From assembly GCA_051647685.1 (NCBI GenBank), contig JBOFEG010000001.1:5961-69960 (forward strand): 64,000 nucleotides of DNA, given 5' to 3'. Shown piece by piece: positions 37,450 to 47,250 of the stretch. Origin of the DNA: Chlamydiales bacterium (GTDB lineage: Bacteria; Chlamydiota; Chlamydiia; Chlamydiales; CALTSX01). Numbering within the stretch: position 1 is the stretch's first letter; each line of letters starts with the position of its first letter. A program made the position numbers and the translations under genes. Below the pieces are notes generated by a model. That model saw only the letters and a list, made by a program, of their open reading frames with translations. It was not told the DNA's origin and made no database searches.

Positions 37450-39121
37450 CTTCCTTTCACAATATATAGATCCAGAATTTTATCTCCCTATAGATTATAT
37501 ATTTGCGGAAGTACTCCTACGTCGCAAACTTCCAAGTAAATCCGCTATTTTATTCCTTATGACCTTATTTGCATTTGCGAGAAAAGGACATCTTTGCATG
37601 AGAATTATGGATGAGGCATGCTTGCCTTCATTGCCTGCTATTTCAAAAGAATTTTATTCTTTACTGCAAGAGGGCGCTAAAGAAATCACAGGTTCTTTAA
37701 TTGTCGAGTATAAAATAGAAATGCGAAGTATTAACAAACCAATTGTTTTTTACGACAATCATTACTACCTGCAACAAAATTTTTTGTTTGAAGAAATATT
37801 GATTAAACATATTCATTCTTTAGAAACCTGTGTACATTTTCATGTGAAAAAAGAAGTCATAGACGATTTTTTGCACACAAGTTCTTTAAATAGTGAACAA
37901 AAAATGGCTATTTATCAAGTATTCTCTACCGCCATTTCGGTTATTTCAGGTGGACCTGGCAGAGGGAAAACCTATACCGCTTCTATGATTGCAAGAATAT
38001 TTTTATCTATCTATGCAAATAAAAAAATCATAGTGACTGCACCAACGGGAAAAGCCACTCTTCGATTAGAGGAGAGTATCAATATCAACGATCCAAGAAT
38101 TACTTTTTCAACTCTCCATTCATTACTACAAATACAACCAGAAAGGAGTATTTTAGAAAAACCAGTATTACTCGGGGAAAATCTTATTATTGTCGATGAA
38201 GCTTCTATGATTGATATAAAACCGTTTGCAAAACTTATGCAGTCCACCCAAAACGGAACAACCTTAGTGTTTATGGGTGATGAGAATCAACTGCCGCCAG
38301 TAGAAATAGGTACAGTATTTTCTGAATTATGTAACTACGCTAAAGCAAATGGCCGAATTGGTTATACCTTATTACATCAATGTATGCGAACAGATCTGAA
38401 TCATATACTCCAATTATCTGATAAAATCTATAGAGGGGAATCAATACGTGACCATTGTATTCTGTGGGGGGATAAAAACGTATTAGATCTACTCCCTCAT
38501 GCATTTTGGAAATATGCGCGCCATGTTGTATTTAATGAGGACCCGTTACTAGCTCTGCATAAATTACCAGAAATGCAAATACTTTCCTGTTTGCGACAAG
38601 GAGATCGGGGTGCGATGTCAATCAACAAGCAAATTATTAATAGATTGTTTCTACATGAGTGTAAAAATAGAACTATTTGTATTCCAATCCTTATTACAAA
38701 AACATCAGAGTATGCAGGTTTAATCAACGGAGAGATGGGAATTTTAGTTCAATATGGGTTGACGCCTACCGCTAAAGATTTTGCCTTATTTACTAAAGCA
38801 GACAAGAAAATAGTAAAAATCTCTCGAATTATGCTTCCCTCTTATGAAGAAGCCCTTGTAATATCAGTACATAAAAGCCAGGGGAGTGAATTTAATTCAG
38901 TAATAGTACTTATTGGAGAAGGTTCTGATAAATTTGGTCGGGAAATCATCTATACTGCAATTACTAGAGCAAAAAAAGCTATAACGATCATTGCAGATAT
39001 AAATAGTATGGAACAATGCATTCAAAGAACTTCAAACAAATATTGTCGTATTTATGATCGTTTAAGCTCAAAAAAAAACACCTCTTGCTTTGAAACTGAG
39101 AGGTGTCCATCTACTTTATAG
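37436..39121 (+). CDS. recD: Exodeoxyribonuclease V alpha subunit RecD
   Basis: 561 aa. Walker A ISGGPGRGKTYT, then IVTAPTGKA, IIVDEASMID, MGDENQLPPVE, SVHKSQGSEF and YTAITRAKK. Overlaps recB by 14 nt. Confidence 0.9.
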   Translation: MMPIDFLSQYIDPEFYLPIDYIFAEVLLRRKLPSKSAILFLMTLFAFARKGHLCMRIMDEACLPSLPAISKEFYSLLQEGAKEITGSLIVEYKIEMRSINKPIVFYDNHYYLQQNFLFEEILIKHIHSLETCVHFHVKKEVIDDFLHTSSLNSEQKMAIYQVFSTAISVISGGPGRGKTYTASMIARIFLSIYANKKIIVTAPTGKATLRLEESININDPRITFSTLHSLLQIQPERSILEKPVLLGENLIIVDEASMIDIKPFAKLMQSTQNGTTLVFMGDENQLPPVEIGTVFSELCNYAKANGRIGYTLLHQCMRTDLNHILQLSDKIYRGESIRDHCILWGDKNVLDLLPHAFWKYARHVVFNEDPLLALHKLPEMQILSCLRQGDRGAMSINKQIINRLFLHECKNRTICIPILITKTSEYAGLINGEMGILVQYGLTPTAKDFALFTKADKKIVKISRIMLPSYEEALVISVHKSQGSEFNSVIVLIGEGSDKFGREIIYTAITRAKKAITIIADINSMEQCIQRTSNKYCRIYDRLSSKKNTSCFETERCPSTL

Positions 39122-39136
39122 TTGATCCTTTATTTT

Positions 39137-40456
39137 TTAAAAATGAAAGGAATAAGGTCTGAGAAGAGATCCCGATAAATTTTCCCAGATAAGATTATAT
39201 GTCTTGGTGATAGTCGTCATAATGGAATCAGTTTCTATAGTTTCCTTTTCTTGCGATGTATCTTCCAACGAAATAGAAGGTTGTTCTATAAAATCTGTAA
39301 TAATGTTGTTTTCTTCGACTGCATCAAAGTAAATATCAGTTTCTTCATTTTCGTTATCTGTTTTCAGGTATAGGTTAGTATCGTCTTTATTAGATATCAA
39401 AAGAGATACATGAGAATTAGGCGTGGATAATTCTTTTACGAGGTCCTTACGAACAGTTTGTATTTCAGACTTAATAGAGTTGATTTTTTCATCAGAAAAC
39501 TCGCTAATTTGCTGTTTTTCAGTTAATAAGTTTTCTTGAATGGACTCTAAGTTTTTCTCAAAAGCTTCAGTTGCAGCTCTTTGTTTTTCTTCGTATTTTG
39601 AATTTATTTCCTCATGAATTTTTATCATGTTGATTTTAAAGTCTTTATTCAACCTTTCTAAAGATTCCTTTGCTGTTGAACTAGCAAATTTTTTACGTTG
39701 CTTAATAAGTTTCTTAGTTGAGGTGGATAAAGAGTTAGATTGAAAGCCAAATTTTTCATTGGTTTGAGAAATGGCATTCATATATTCATCTGCAAGGTTT
39801 TCAACTAAAGATTTAAAATCAAAAACTCGTTGTCTTGAAATATCGAACTCTTCTTCTAATGAGGTAAGTTGGGCACGTAAATCTTGTTGTTCTTCTCTCT
39901 TGAGATTTATAAGTAAATCATTAAATGATTCCTTCTCACGTAAAATCTGCTCAGCTCCTAGTTTTTCAATTTCTTCTAACTTTTCCTTTGCATTATTTAA
40001 TTCATCATGAATTTGAGAAGCAAATTGTTTTTCCTGAATGTCGGCCTCTTCTATGATTGGCGTAATATGTGAGACAAGAGCTTCTTGCTCTTTCATCGCT
40101 TCATTGCCCCAATCAGAAGTAGAAACAAAATCATCTTCAAAAAACGCTGATTCTTGGTTATCTATAGCATTTCTAATATTGAGAGAATCAAATTCTCTTT
40201 TTATAATATCAAAGTCAGCTTCAGGGGTCTCATTTTGTAGATCAAAATGTATAATATTCTGAGGCTTAACTGTGTTGAATTCATAATCTTTTATATGTGA
40301 GACAAAACTCTCTGTCCCTACAGGTTTTATGTTACCATTAACCCTGTTCCAGATCTCAATGATCGCTTGACGAACTTTTAAGAATTGACGGGAAGTTTCA
40401 TTATATAAACTTCGGATTGAATTAGATATATTAAGATTTGATTCAAATAGTTTCAT
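39137..40456 (-). CDS. Hypothetical acidic coiled-coil protein
   Basis: 439-aa ORF, E/K/N/S-rich with long heptad-like stretches. No TM segment and no recognisable domain. Confidence 0.5.
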   Translation of the reverse strand: MKLFESNLNISNSIRSLYNETSRQFLKVRQAIIEIWNRVNGNIKPVGTESFVSHIKDYEFNTVKPQNIIHFDLQNETPEADFDIIKREFDSLNIRNAIDNQESAFFEDDFVSTSDWGNEAMKEQEALVSHITPIIEEADIQEKQFASQIHDELNNAKEKLEEIEKLGAEQILREKESFNDLLINLKREEQQDLRAQLTSLEEEFDISRQRVFDFKSLVENLADEYMNAISQTNEKFGFQSNSLSTSTKKLIKQRKKFASSTAKESLERLNKDFKINMIKIHEEINSKYEEKQRAATEAFEKNLESIQENLLTEKQQISEFSDEKINSIKSEIQTVRKDLVKELSTPNSHVSLLISNKDDTNLYLKTDNENEETDIYFDAVEENNIITDFIEQPSISLEDTSQEKETIETDSIMTTITKTYNLIWENLSGSLLRPYSFHF

Positions 40457-40637
40457 TTTTTACCTTTTTTAGCATTATTTAGTATAAATTATAACATAAA
40501 TTTGAATAAATTTCATTAAATCAAATTATTATTGATCTCCTTATAATTAAGAGATTATAACGTTTTAATTATCATTTTATGACTAAGAGTTGTTAACTCT
40601 TTGGTTATAAGCGAGAAAGGACGTCATTGAGATAAGA

Positions 40638-40682
40638 GGGGGGGGATTTTTACTATATATACATATATATATATACATATAA
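40638..40682. repeat. G8 homopolymer followed by an imperfect (TA)n / TATACA simple-sequence tract
   Basis: gggggggg at 40638-40645, then tatatatacatatatatatatacatata at about 40654-40682. It lies in the 437-bp gap upstream of the 439-aa gene and downstream of rpsT. Confidence 0.8.
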
Positions 40683-40893
40683 AAGAATAGCCTTGAAATG
40701 GGCTAGAAGGAATTAACCCTTGCTATAAACATAGAGAATGCTTTTTTTTAGTACTTCGATGTGTAAGGTGCTTATACAGAATCACTTAAGGGTATTTATT
40801 AGAAAATCTGTTCTATATGACATATACAAAGAAATATGTATTATAGTCCTCAAGTTGGGGAGTTAGATTTTTCGAGGTATTTGAGTAGTAATC

Positions 40894-41178
40894 TTATCTA
40901 GTGCGATTAGTAAGTCTAGATTTAATGCGACTAGCTTTATTCTTTGTAAGAATGTTCTTTTTGATTCCCTTGTCTACTAAAGAATAAATTTGAGGGAGCT
41001 TTTCTTTAAGCTGTTCTTTATCTTGAGACATAGCTATCTTTTCAAATTTTTTCAATTCAGTGCGAATACGAGACATTGCCATTTTATTTTGAAGATATCT
41101 CTTCTTATTTTGTATGTCTCTTTTTATAGAAGTAGGTTGTTTAACTTTTTTATTTTTTTCCATTTCAGCCATAAACAT
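40894..41178 (-). CDS. rpsT: 30S ribosomal protein S20
   Basis: 94 aa, very basic. KRDIQNKKRYLQNKMAMSRIRTELKKF and GIKKNILTKNKASRIKSRL fit the S20 pattern. The start may be the second Met (41172). Confidence 0.85.
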   Translation of the reverse strand: MFMAEMEKNKKVKQPTSIKRDIQNKKRYLQNKMAMSRIRTELKKFEKIAMSQDKEQLKEKLPQIYSLVDKGIKKNILTKNKASRIKSRLTNRTR

Positions 41179-41413
41179 TTCTCAAAATATAGGTAAGATA
41201 ATCGCACTATTATTATGCAAAAAGAGAAAAAAAGCAAAGATTATTCAATAAAAATTTCCGAAGTAGATAATTAGAGAATAAAATTACAATTTTTTCTTTA
41301 AGCGAAAGGAAATAGTAGTTGAACAAAGAGTTGACTTTAATTGAAAAATTGATGAAGATCCCGGTGGGGTTTTCTCTTTTGGGAGGTAATCCAATTTTTA
41401 TAAATAGGAGATT

Positions 41414-43084
41414 ATGGATAAAGAAAAAGAAGTGCAACTAGACCCAGCACATCAACAAAAAATTGAAGAGCTTGTTGCCATTGCGAAAGAACAGGGATAT
41501 ATTACCTATGAAGAAATCAATGAAATTCTTCCTATTACAGTAGATACTGCAGAACAAATTGATCAAGTACTTATCTTTTTAAGTGGAATAGACATTCAGA
41601 TTCTTACTCAATCAGAACTGGATAAACAAAAAGAGCGAAAGAAAGAGGCGAAAGAATTAGAGGGACAACCAAAGAGAGCAGAGGGAACGGCTGAGGATCC
41701 GGTTCGTATGTATCTAAAGGAAATGGGCGCTGTGCCATTACTTACTCGTGAGGAGGAAGTCGAAATATCTAAACGAATTGAAAAGGCGCAACTGCAAATT
41801 GAACGTATCATTATGAGATTTAGGTATTGCGCAGCAGAAACTATTTCTATTGTTAATTATATTTTATCCGGAAAAGAGCGATTTGATAAAATTATAGCAG
41901 AGAAAGAAATCGAAGATAAAAATCAATTCTTTCAAATACTTCCTAAACTTAGAGAGCTATTAAAAAAAGAAGATGTGAACATCCATAATTTATTGCTCCA
42001 ATATCGCTATCTAGAATCTAAAAGCGTAGAACAAGTAAAAATTATAGAAGACATTGAAAAATGTCGTATACGGACAAGTTCGCTCCTTCGAAGAATGCAT
42101 TTTCGCTATAGTATAATGGAAGATTTTAGTGAAGTTATCTTAGCCGCATATGAGAGATTCTTATCTTTAGAAAGAGAAATTCAAGAACTTCGTCCTAGAG
42201 CAGAAAAGAATCGCTTTGCAGCCCATAAACTCCTTGCTGCTAAGAGGAAGTTACAAAAGAGAGAACTTGCCGCTGGAAGAACACTCGATGAATTTAAAAA
42301 AGATGTTCGAATGCTGCAGCGCTGGATGGATAAAAGTTTGGAGGGAAAGCGAGAGATGGTCGAGGCCAACTTACGCCTCGTAATTTCTATTGCAAAGAAG
42401 TATATCAACCGAGGCATGTCTTTTCTGGATCTGATCCAAGAGGGCAATATGGGCCTTATGAAAGCTGTAGAAAAATTTGAATATCGTAGAGGCTATAAAT
42501 TTTCTACTTATGCAACCTGGTGGATTAGACAAGCAGTTACCAGAGCTATTGCAGACCAAGCGAGAACAATTCGAATTCCGGTCCATATGATTGAAACTAT
42601 TAATAAAGTGCTGCGCGGAGCCAAAAAATTAATGATGGAAACAGGTAGAGAACCTACATCGGAAGAACTCGCAAAAGAACTTGGCCTTACTCCAGAGCGA
42701 GTCAGAGAGATCTATCGCATCGCGCAGCATCCAATTTCACTCCAAGCAGAAGTGGGAGATAGTGGAGAGAGTCAGTTTGGAGATTTCTTAGAAGATACCG
42801 GGATTGAATCTCCCGCTGAAGCGACTAGTTATTCTATTTTAAAAGATGAACTAAAAGAAGTTTTGGAGACACTCAATGAAAGAGAGAGAACGGTATTAAT
42901 AGAGCGCTTTGGTCTTGAAGATGGAAAACCTAAAACATTGGAAGAGGTTGGTCTGCGATTTGGAGTTACTCGCGAAAGAGTTCGGCAAATTGAAGCAAAA
43001 GGGCTTAAAAAAATGAGTCATCCAACTCGAGCAAAAAGACTTCGACCCTTTTTAGATATGATTGAAGGAGTCGCTGGAGCGTAG
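41414..43084 (+). CDS. rpoD: RNA polymerase primary sigma factor (sigma-66/70)
   Basis: 556 aa. Region 1.2 [11 protein letters not shown], region 2 [12 protein letters not shown]...[59 protein letters not shown], and region 4 [25 protein letters not shown]. Confidence 0.97.
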   Translation: MDKEKEVQLDPAHQQKIEELVAIAKEQGYITYEEINEILPITVDTAEQIDQVLIFLSGIDIQILTQSELDKQKERKKEAKELEGQPKRAEGTAEDPVRMYLKEMGAVPLLTREEEVEISKRIEKAQLQIERIIMRFRYCAAETISIVNYILSGKERFDKIIAEKEIEDKNQFFQILPKLRELLKKEDVNIHNLLLQYRYLESKSVEQVKIIEDIEKCRIRTSSLLRRMHFRYSIMEDFSEVILAAYERFLSLEREIQELRPRAEKNRFAAHKLLAAKRKLQKRELAAGRTLDEFKKDVRMLQRWMDKSLEGKREMVEANLRLVISIAKKYINRGMSFLDLIQEGNMGLMKAVEKFEYRRGYKFSTYATWWIRQAVTRAIADQARTIRIPVHMIETINKVLRGAKKLMMETGREPTSEELAKELGLTPERVREIYRIAQHPISLQAEVGDSGESQFGDFLEDTGIESPAEATSYSILKDELKEVLETLNERERTVLIERFGLEDGKPKTLEEVGLRFGVTRERVRQIEAKGLKKMSHPTRAKRLRPFLDMIEGVAGA

Positions 43085-43147
43085 CGGAATCGAACCGCTG
43101 GCCTCAACAATGCCATCGTTGCGCTCTACCAATTGAGCTAACGCCCC
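43075..43147 (-). tRNA. tRNA-Ala (anticodon GGC)
   Basis: Hand fold of the reverse complement: GGGGCGT-TA-GCTC-AATTGGTA-GAGC-G-CAACG-ATGGCAT-TGTTG-AGGCC-AGCGG-TTCGATT-CCGCT-ACGCTCC-A. The G3:U70 alanine identity pair is present and the anticodon loop is AT-GGC-AT. The 3' end overlaps the last 10 nt of rpoD on the other strand. Confidence 0.9.
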
Positions 43148-43248
43148 GAAATATATGAGAGGCTCATTAGTATAGAGTTTGAAATTCTTTTTGGCAACAA
43201 ACGACTTCTTCCTTTATAGTGCGCTCAGCAATATAATATAGGTTAGAG

Positions 43249-44442
43249 ATGTCAATTTTCCCAAACTATCCACTTGCAAAAGAAGATCCCATCTTTGGTT
43301 TAGTAGAGAAATTTCTATCAGATTCTAGAGAGACAAAAGTCGACTTGAGCATTGGAGTACTGCGGAGTGAGAAACTACAGGCCTATCTGTTGCGTTCTGT
43401 AGAAATTGCTGAAGAAAAAATTCTCCAAAAGAAATTAGCTAAGACCTATTTACCGATACTTGGCGGTAAAAAATATATCGATTCAATGCAGAACTGTATA
43501 TTTGGAAAAAAAATTGTATCTCAAATACAAGAGTTTTTATTCGGCATGCAAACTATAGGTGGCACGGGTGCTTTGTATATTGCATGTAAATTACTGTGTA
43601 CTTCCGGAATTAAAACAATACTTGTTTCACAACCTACTTGGCCAAATCACAGCAAAATTGCGAATGCGCTTGGTTATACGGTAGAATTTTTTCCTTACTA
43701 CAATGCGAAAGAAAATAGGGTTGACTTCTCAGCTATGATTTCTCATCTTACGCAATCTAAAAGTGGAAGCATTATTATTCTTCAGGCCTCATGCCATAAT
43801 CCTACAGGATCTGATCTCTCGCAAGAGCAGTGGCAAACTCTTGCAAATGTAGTTAAAGAAAAAAAATTCATGGTTATTTTCGATATAGCTTATCAAGGGC
43901 TTGGCAAAGGTTTAGAAGAAGATGCTTATCCTATTCGTCTGTTCGCAGATTTGTGCATAGAATGTATTGTAGCCGCATCTTCCTCGAAAAATTTTGCTCT
44001 CTACGGAGATAGAGTTGGATGCTTATTTTTTTTCATTCGAGATGCTGTTAAACGACAAGGAATTAATTCGATTGCAAAATCTATGGTTAGAGAAATATAC
44101 TCAAATCCTCCAAGACATGGAGCAGATATCGTAACAGAAATCTTAACTTGTCCAGATCTTCAAAAAATATGGGAAACAGAAGTAGATTGCATGCGAGACA
44201 GAATACAGAGTGCCAGAAAAATTTTTGCTCTGAGTTTTGCTGAGTATACAGGAAATGATAAATTTTCATTTATTTGTAATCAATATGGCCTCTTTTCCTA
44301 TCTTGGCTGTTCTCAGAACCAAGCAGCTATGCTCCAAAAAGAGCATGGAATTTATATTACTTTAGACGGGAGAATCAATATTACAGGGTTAAATAGAGAG
44401 AATATTCCCTATGTAGTTGAATCAATTGCCAAGGTACTTTGA
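43249..44442 (+). CDS. aspC: Aspartate/aromatic amino acid aminotransferase (class I)
   Basis: 397 aa. QTIGGTGAL, PTWPNH, HNPTG, and SSSKNFALYGDRVG (PLP-lysine motif) fit the AspC/TyrB family. Confidence 0.85.
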   Translation: MSIFPNYPLAKEDPIFGLVEKFLSDSRETKVDLSIGVLRSEKLQAYLLRSVEIAEEKILQKKLAKTYLPILGGKKYIDSMQNCIFGKKIVSQIQEFLFGMQTIGGTGALYIACKLLCTSGIKTILVSQPTWPNHSKIANALGYTVEFFPYYNAKENRVDFSAMISHLTQSKSGSIIILQASCHNPTGSDLSQEQWQTLANVVKEKKFMVIFDIAYQGLGKGLEEDAYPIRLFADLCIECIVAASSSKNFALYGDRVGCLFFFIRDAVKRQGINSIAKSMVREIYSNPPRHGADIVTEILTCPDLQKIWETEVDCMRDRIQSARKIFALSFAEYTGNDKFSFICNQYGLFSYLGCSQNQAAMLQKEHGIYITLDGRINITGLNRENIPYVVESIAKVL

Positions 44443-45537
44443 GTGAATCGATATCGCAGTCTATGGATTTGTATCGGCAGTATCCTTATAATTTGTTTAC
44501 TTCCAATGAGCATGTCTAATTCATTGCGACTCGCTACATTTACAGTTCTTCAAAGTATTTATAATAAAGTATATTTTTTTTCTTATCCTTCAAGTTTTTC
44601 TATAAAAGAATACCAAGAAAAAATCCACCAACTGGAGGCTCGTGAGATTCTTTTAAAAAATAAAATAGAATTTGTAAAAGACATGGTTTTATCCGATAGT
44701 CGGTTACAAAAACGGATTGAAGAACTGCGACAAATTATCCCTCATACTATCCAAGGTAATTCTCAAAGAACAGTTTATCTCGCAAAATTGTTGGAGCAAG
44801 AACTTACGGCAATTCCGGGGAAAGTAATTTTCCGAGAGCCATTATTCTGGAATAATTTTCTTTGGATTAACCTTGGCGAGGTACAAAATAAACAAATAGG
44901 TGAAGAGATTATTGCTAAAGATAGTCCTGTTGTTGTTGGAAATAAAGTGCTTGGGGTAATAGAAGAAGTTCATGAAACGAGAAGTAAAGTGCGGTTATTA
45001 ACAGATCCCTCTCTTACAGTATCCGTTAGAGTCACTCGAGGAAAAGAACAAAACTTATCTCTGTTAGAGAGTATAGAAGAGCTTCTGCACCGATTAGATG
45101 TCCGCCCCGAACTGATTGACAGCGATATCGCACAAACTACGCTCTATCAATTGCAAAAATCTTTGGCGCAAGATACTGAAAACTGCCACTTAGCAAAAGG
45201 AATTTTACAAGGAAGCAATTCTTCTTTATGGAGATTACCTGCACATATTTTGCAAGGTTTTGGATTTAATTACGAATTTAGCGACGAAGAGGGAGAAAAA
45301 ATTGACCTGCGTAGTCAAAATCCTCCAATTATTCGCATTGGTGATCTATTAATAACGACCGGGTTTGACGGAGTTTTTCCAAAAGGTCTGGTCACAGCTA
45401 CAGTAGTTGCGGTAGAACCTTTAAACCCCGGGGATATCTTTTATAAGATTCGAGCGAGAGCCGCCATAGAAAATATTCATGAGATTGAGTTTGTTCAAGT
45501 ACTCCCTGCAATATCTAAAAATTTACCCGCTAAGTGA
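44443..45537 (+). CDS. mreC: Rod shape-determining protein MreC
   Basis: 364 aa, with a GTG start directly after the aspC stop. N-terminal TM, coiled coil, then MreC beta-domain patterns (DSPVVVGNKVLGVIEEVHETRSKVRLLTDPSLTVSVRV; LLITTGFDGVFPKGLVTATV). Sits after the aminotransferase gene, as in Chlamydia. Confidence 0.8.
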   Translation: MNRYRSLWICIGSILIICLLPMSMSNSLRLATFTVLQSIYNKVYFFSYPSSFSIKEYQEKIHQLEAREILLKNKIEFVKDMVLSDSRLQKRIEELRQIIPHTIQGNSQRTVYLAKLLEQELTAIPGKVIFREPLFWNNFLWINLGEVQNKQIGEEIIAKDSPVVVGNKVLGVIEEVHETRSKVRLLTDPSLTVSVRVTRGKEQNLSLLESIEELLHRLDVRPELIDSDIAQTTLYQLQKSLAQDTENCHLAKGILQGSNSSLWRLPAHILQGFGFNYEFSDEEGEKIDLRSQNPPIIRIGDLLITTGFDGVFPKGLVTATVVAVEPLNPGDIFYKIRARAAIENIHEIEFVQVLPAISKNLPAK

Positions 45538-45720
45538 TTCTAATCCTTTATATATCTACTATATAATATTTGTATAATCATAGATTTTAAATTTTACTAT
45601 TAACGATTAGTATAATTCGTTTATTTATAATGTCTTAATATTTATTTAAAATACAGTTGAATTAATAGATAATCGGAAATTATAATAGCATCAATCTAAT
45701 TCATACAATTAAAGGTAATT

Positions 45721-47250
45721 ATGGTAACTCCCTCTGCTCCTAGGCTTGGTTCTGTTGAGCCTTCTTATGTTTATCCAAAATTCTGCGACTCAGATATAGA
45801 ACCTCTAAAAAAAGAAGAGAGATATGAATTGTATACCGCTACGGATGAATTGCTTGCAGGACAAGGTTCTTTGAGAAAATATCTAATGGACTTTTGTTAT
45901 GGGAGAACTATTCTTACCTTTGAATCTCACATAAATCAAGAATTTTACGGAACTATGCTATTGGATATGGTAGCGGCAAAGTTTTTTAGCGAACACAAAG
46001 AAGAGATAGCCCAAGTCAATCCTCCATTCTCTAACTATATGGAAAGCAATATCCTTACCAAGGACTTAAGAAAAATTTCCGATCTTTTTTATAGGGCTTT
46101 TAACCGTTATTTAGAAGATAAGACGACCGAGGAGGATGGGCTAGATAATATAGTCGGAAGTAGCACTATTGCAAATTCAAAGCCTGGATTTAAAAATTTT
46201 CATAGATATTGCCATTATGACAATGAACATGTTACGAGTTCTAATATCTTAAAAGGGAGGGCAGGGGAATGCTTTAAGAGCTTTCTAGAAAGCCTACCTG
46301 CTTCTCTTCTAACACAAAAAAATAAAAAGAAAGCATTACCATTCTTACAGGAAGCAGTTAATCAACGGCGTTTTCTACCCGATAAGCTTCTTTATCTCAA
46401 ACAAGTGCTATTTCTGCTATCCTTTCAAGATGTATTCAGAGAAGGTTTATTAGAGATAAAACAATCTCTCAACATGGAAAAGGAAAACCTCTATAGATCA
46501 CCGAGCAGAAGTCACGATCTACATAGTCAATCGCAGTATATTTACAAACGCATTGAATTAATAGACGAAACCTTAGCAAAACTACCTGTCAATGATGTAT
46601 TGGCACTTATTCCACTAGCTTGCCGCTCTTCTTTAGAAGAATTAAGCCACGATCGTTATTTTATGAACTGTTACATCAAAGAGGAGAGTCTATCCAGAGA
46701 ATGTTGTAAGGGAAGACAAGCCGATATCGCTATTCGTGATGTATTAGAACATGCTTTCAAAGTAACACCTAAAAGTTTTGCTGGAGATGGCATTAGATCT
46801 ATTGAGAGCTACATTATGGGTCTTAGTGGGCTTGCTATTTCCTCGGGACTGCTCGGAAGACTAGCGATGAAAGACCACCACAAAATATTTTATAAAAGAC
46901 ATGCAGATTGCAGCATTCCTAGCGTATCCGATAATCTACCTCTGGAATTTTTAGTCACATCAGCTCAATTCTATTCCGCTACTAACGATAATTGGGTCGA
47001 GGAAACGCATTTGGGGTACTTAAAAGAAATGACGGGTGCAATTTCACCTCATGAAATAGAGGGGCTTAAATATAAGCTGCAACGAGTACGTAACGCTGTG
47101 AAAAATGCTCCTGTAGAGCAATTATTGAATGGTAATACCTTAGGCAAAGATGCTATAAAAAACCTACAGTCTCTTTATAAAGACGTTAGGAAGGACATTG
47201 GACTAGCACCTTTACCCAAGAGTAATTCTTCAGCTTGTTCTATTATGTAA
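45721..47250 (+). CDS. Hypothetical protein with a C-terminal CaaX box (CSIM); candidate secreted effector
   Basis: 509-aa ORF with no signal peptide or TM and no domain I recognise. The last four residues are C-S-I-M. Confidence 0.55.
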   Translation: MVTPSAPRLGSVEPSYVYPKFCDSDIEPLKKEERYELYTATDELLAGQGSLRKYLMDFCYGRTILTFESHINQEFYGTMLLDMVAAKFFSEHKEEIAQVNPPFSNYMESNILTKDLRKISDLFYRAFNRYLEDKTTEEDGLDNIVGSSTIANSKPGFKNFHRYCHYDNEHVTSSNILKGRAGECFKSFLESLPASLLTQKNKKKALPFLQEAVNQRRFLPDKLLYLKQVLFLLSFQDVFREGLLEIKQSLNMEKENLYRSPSRSHDLHSQSQYIYKRIELIDETLAKLPVNDVLALIPLACRSSLEELSHDRYFMNCYIKEESLSRECCKGRQADIAIRDVLEHAFKVTPKSFAGDGIRSIESYIMGLSGLAISSGLLGRLAMKDHHKIFYKRHADCSIPSVSDNLPLEFLVTSAQFYSATNDNWVEETHLGYLKEMTGAISPHEIEGLKYKLQRVRNAVKNAPVEQLLNGNTLGKDAIKNLQSLYKDVRKDIGLAPLPKSNSSACSIM

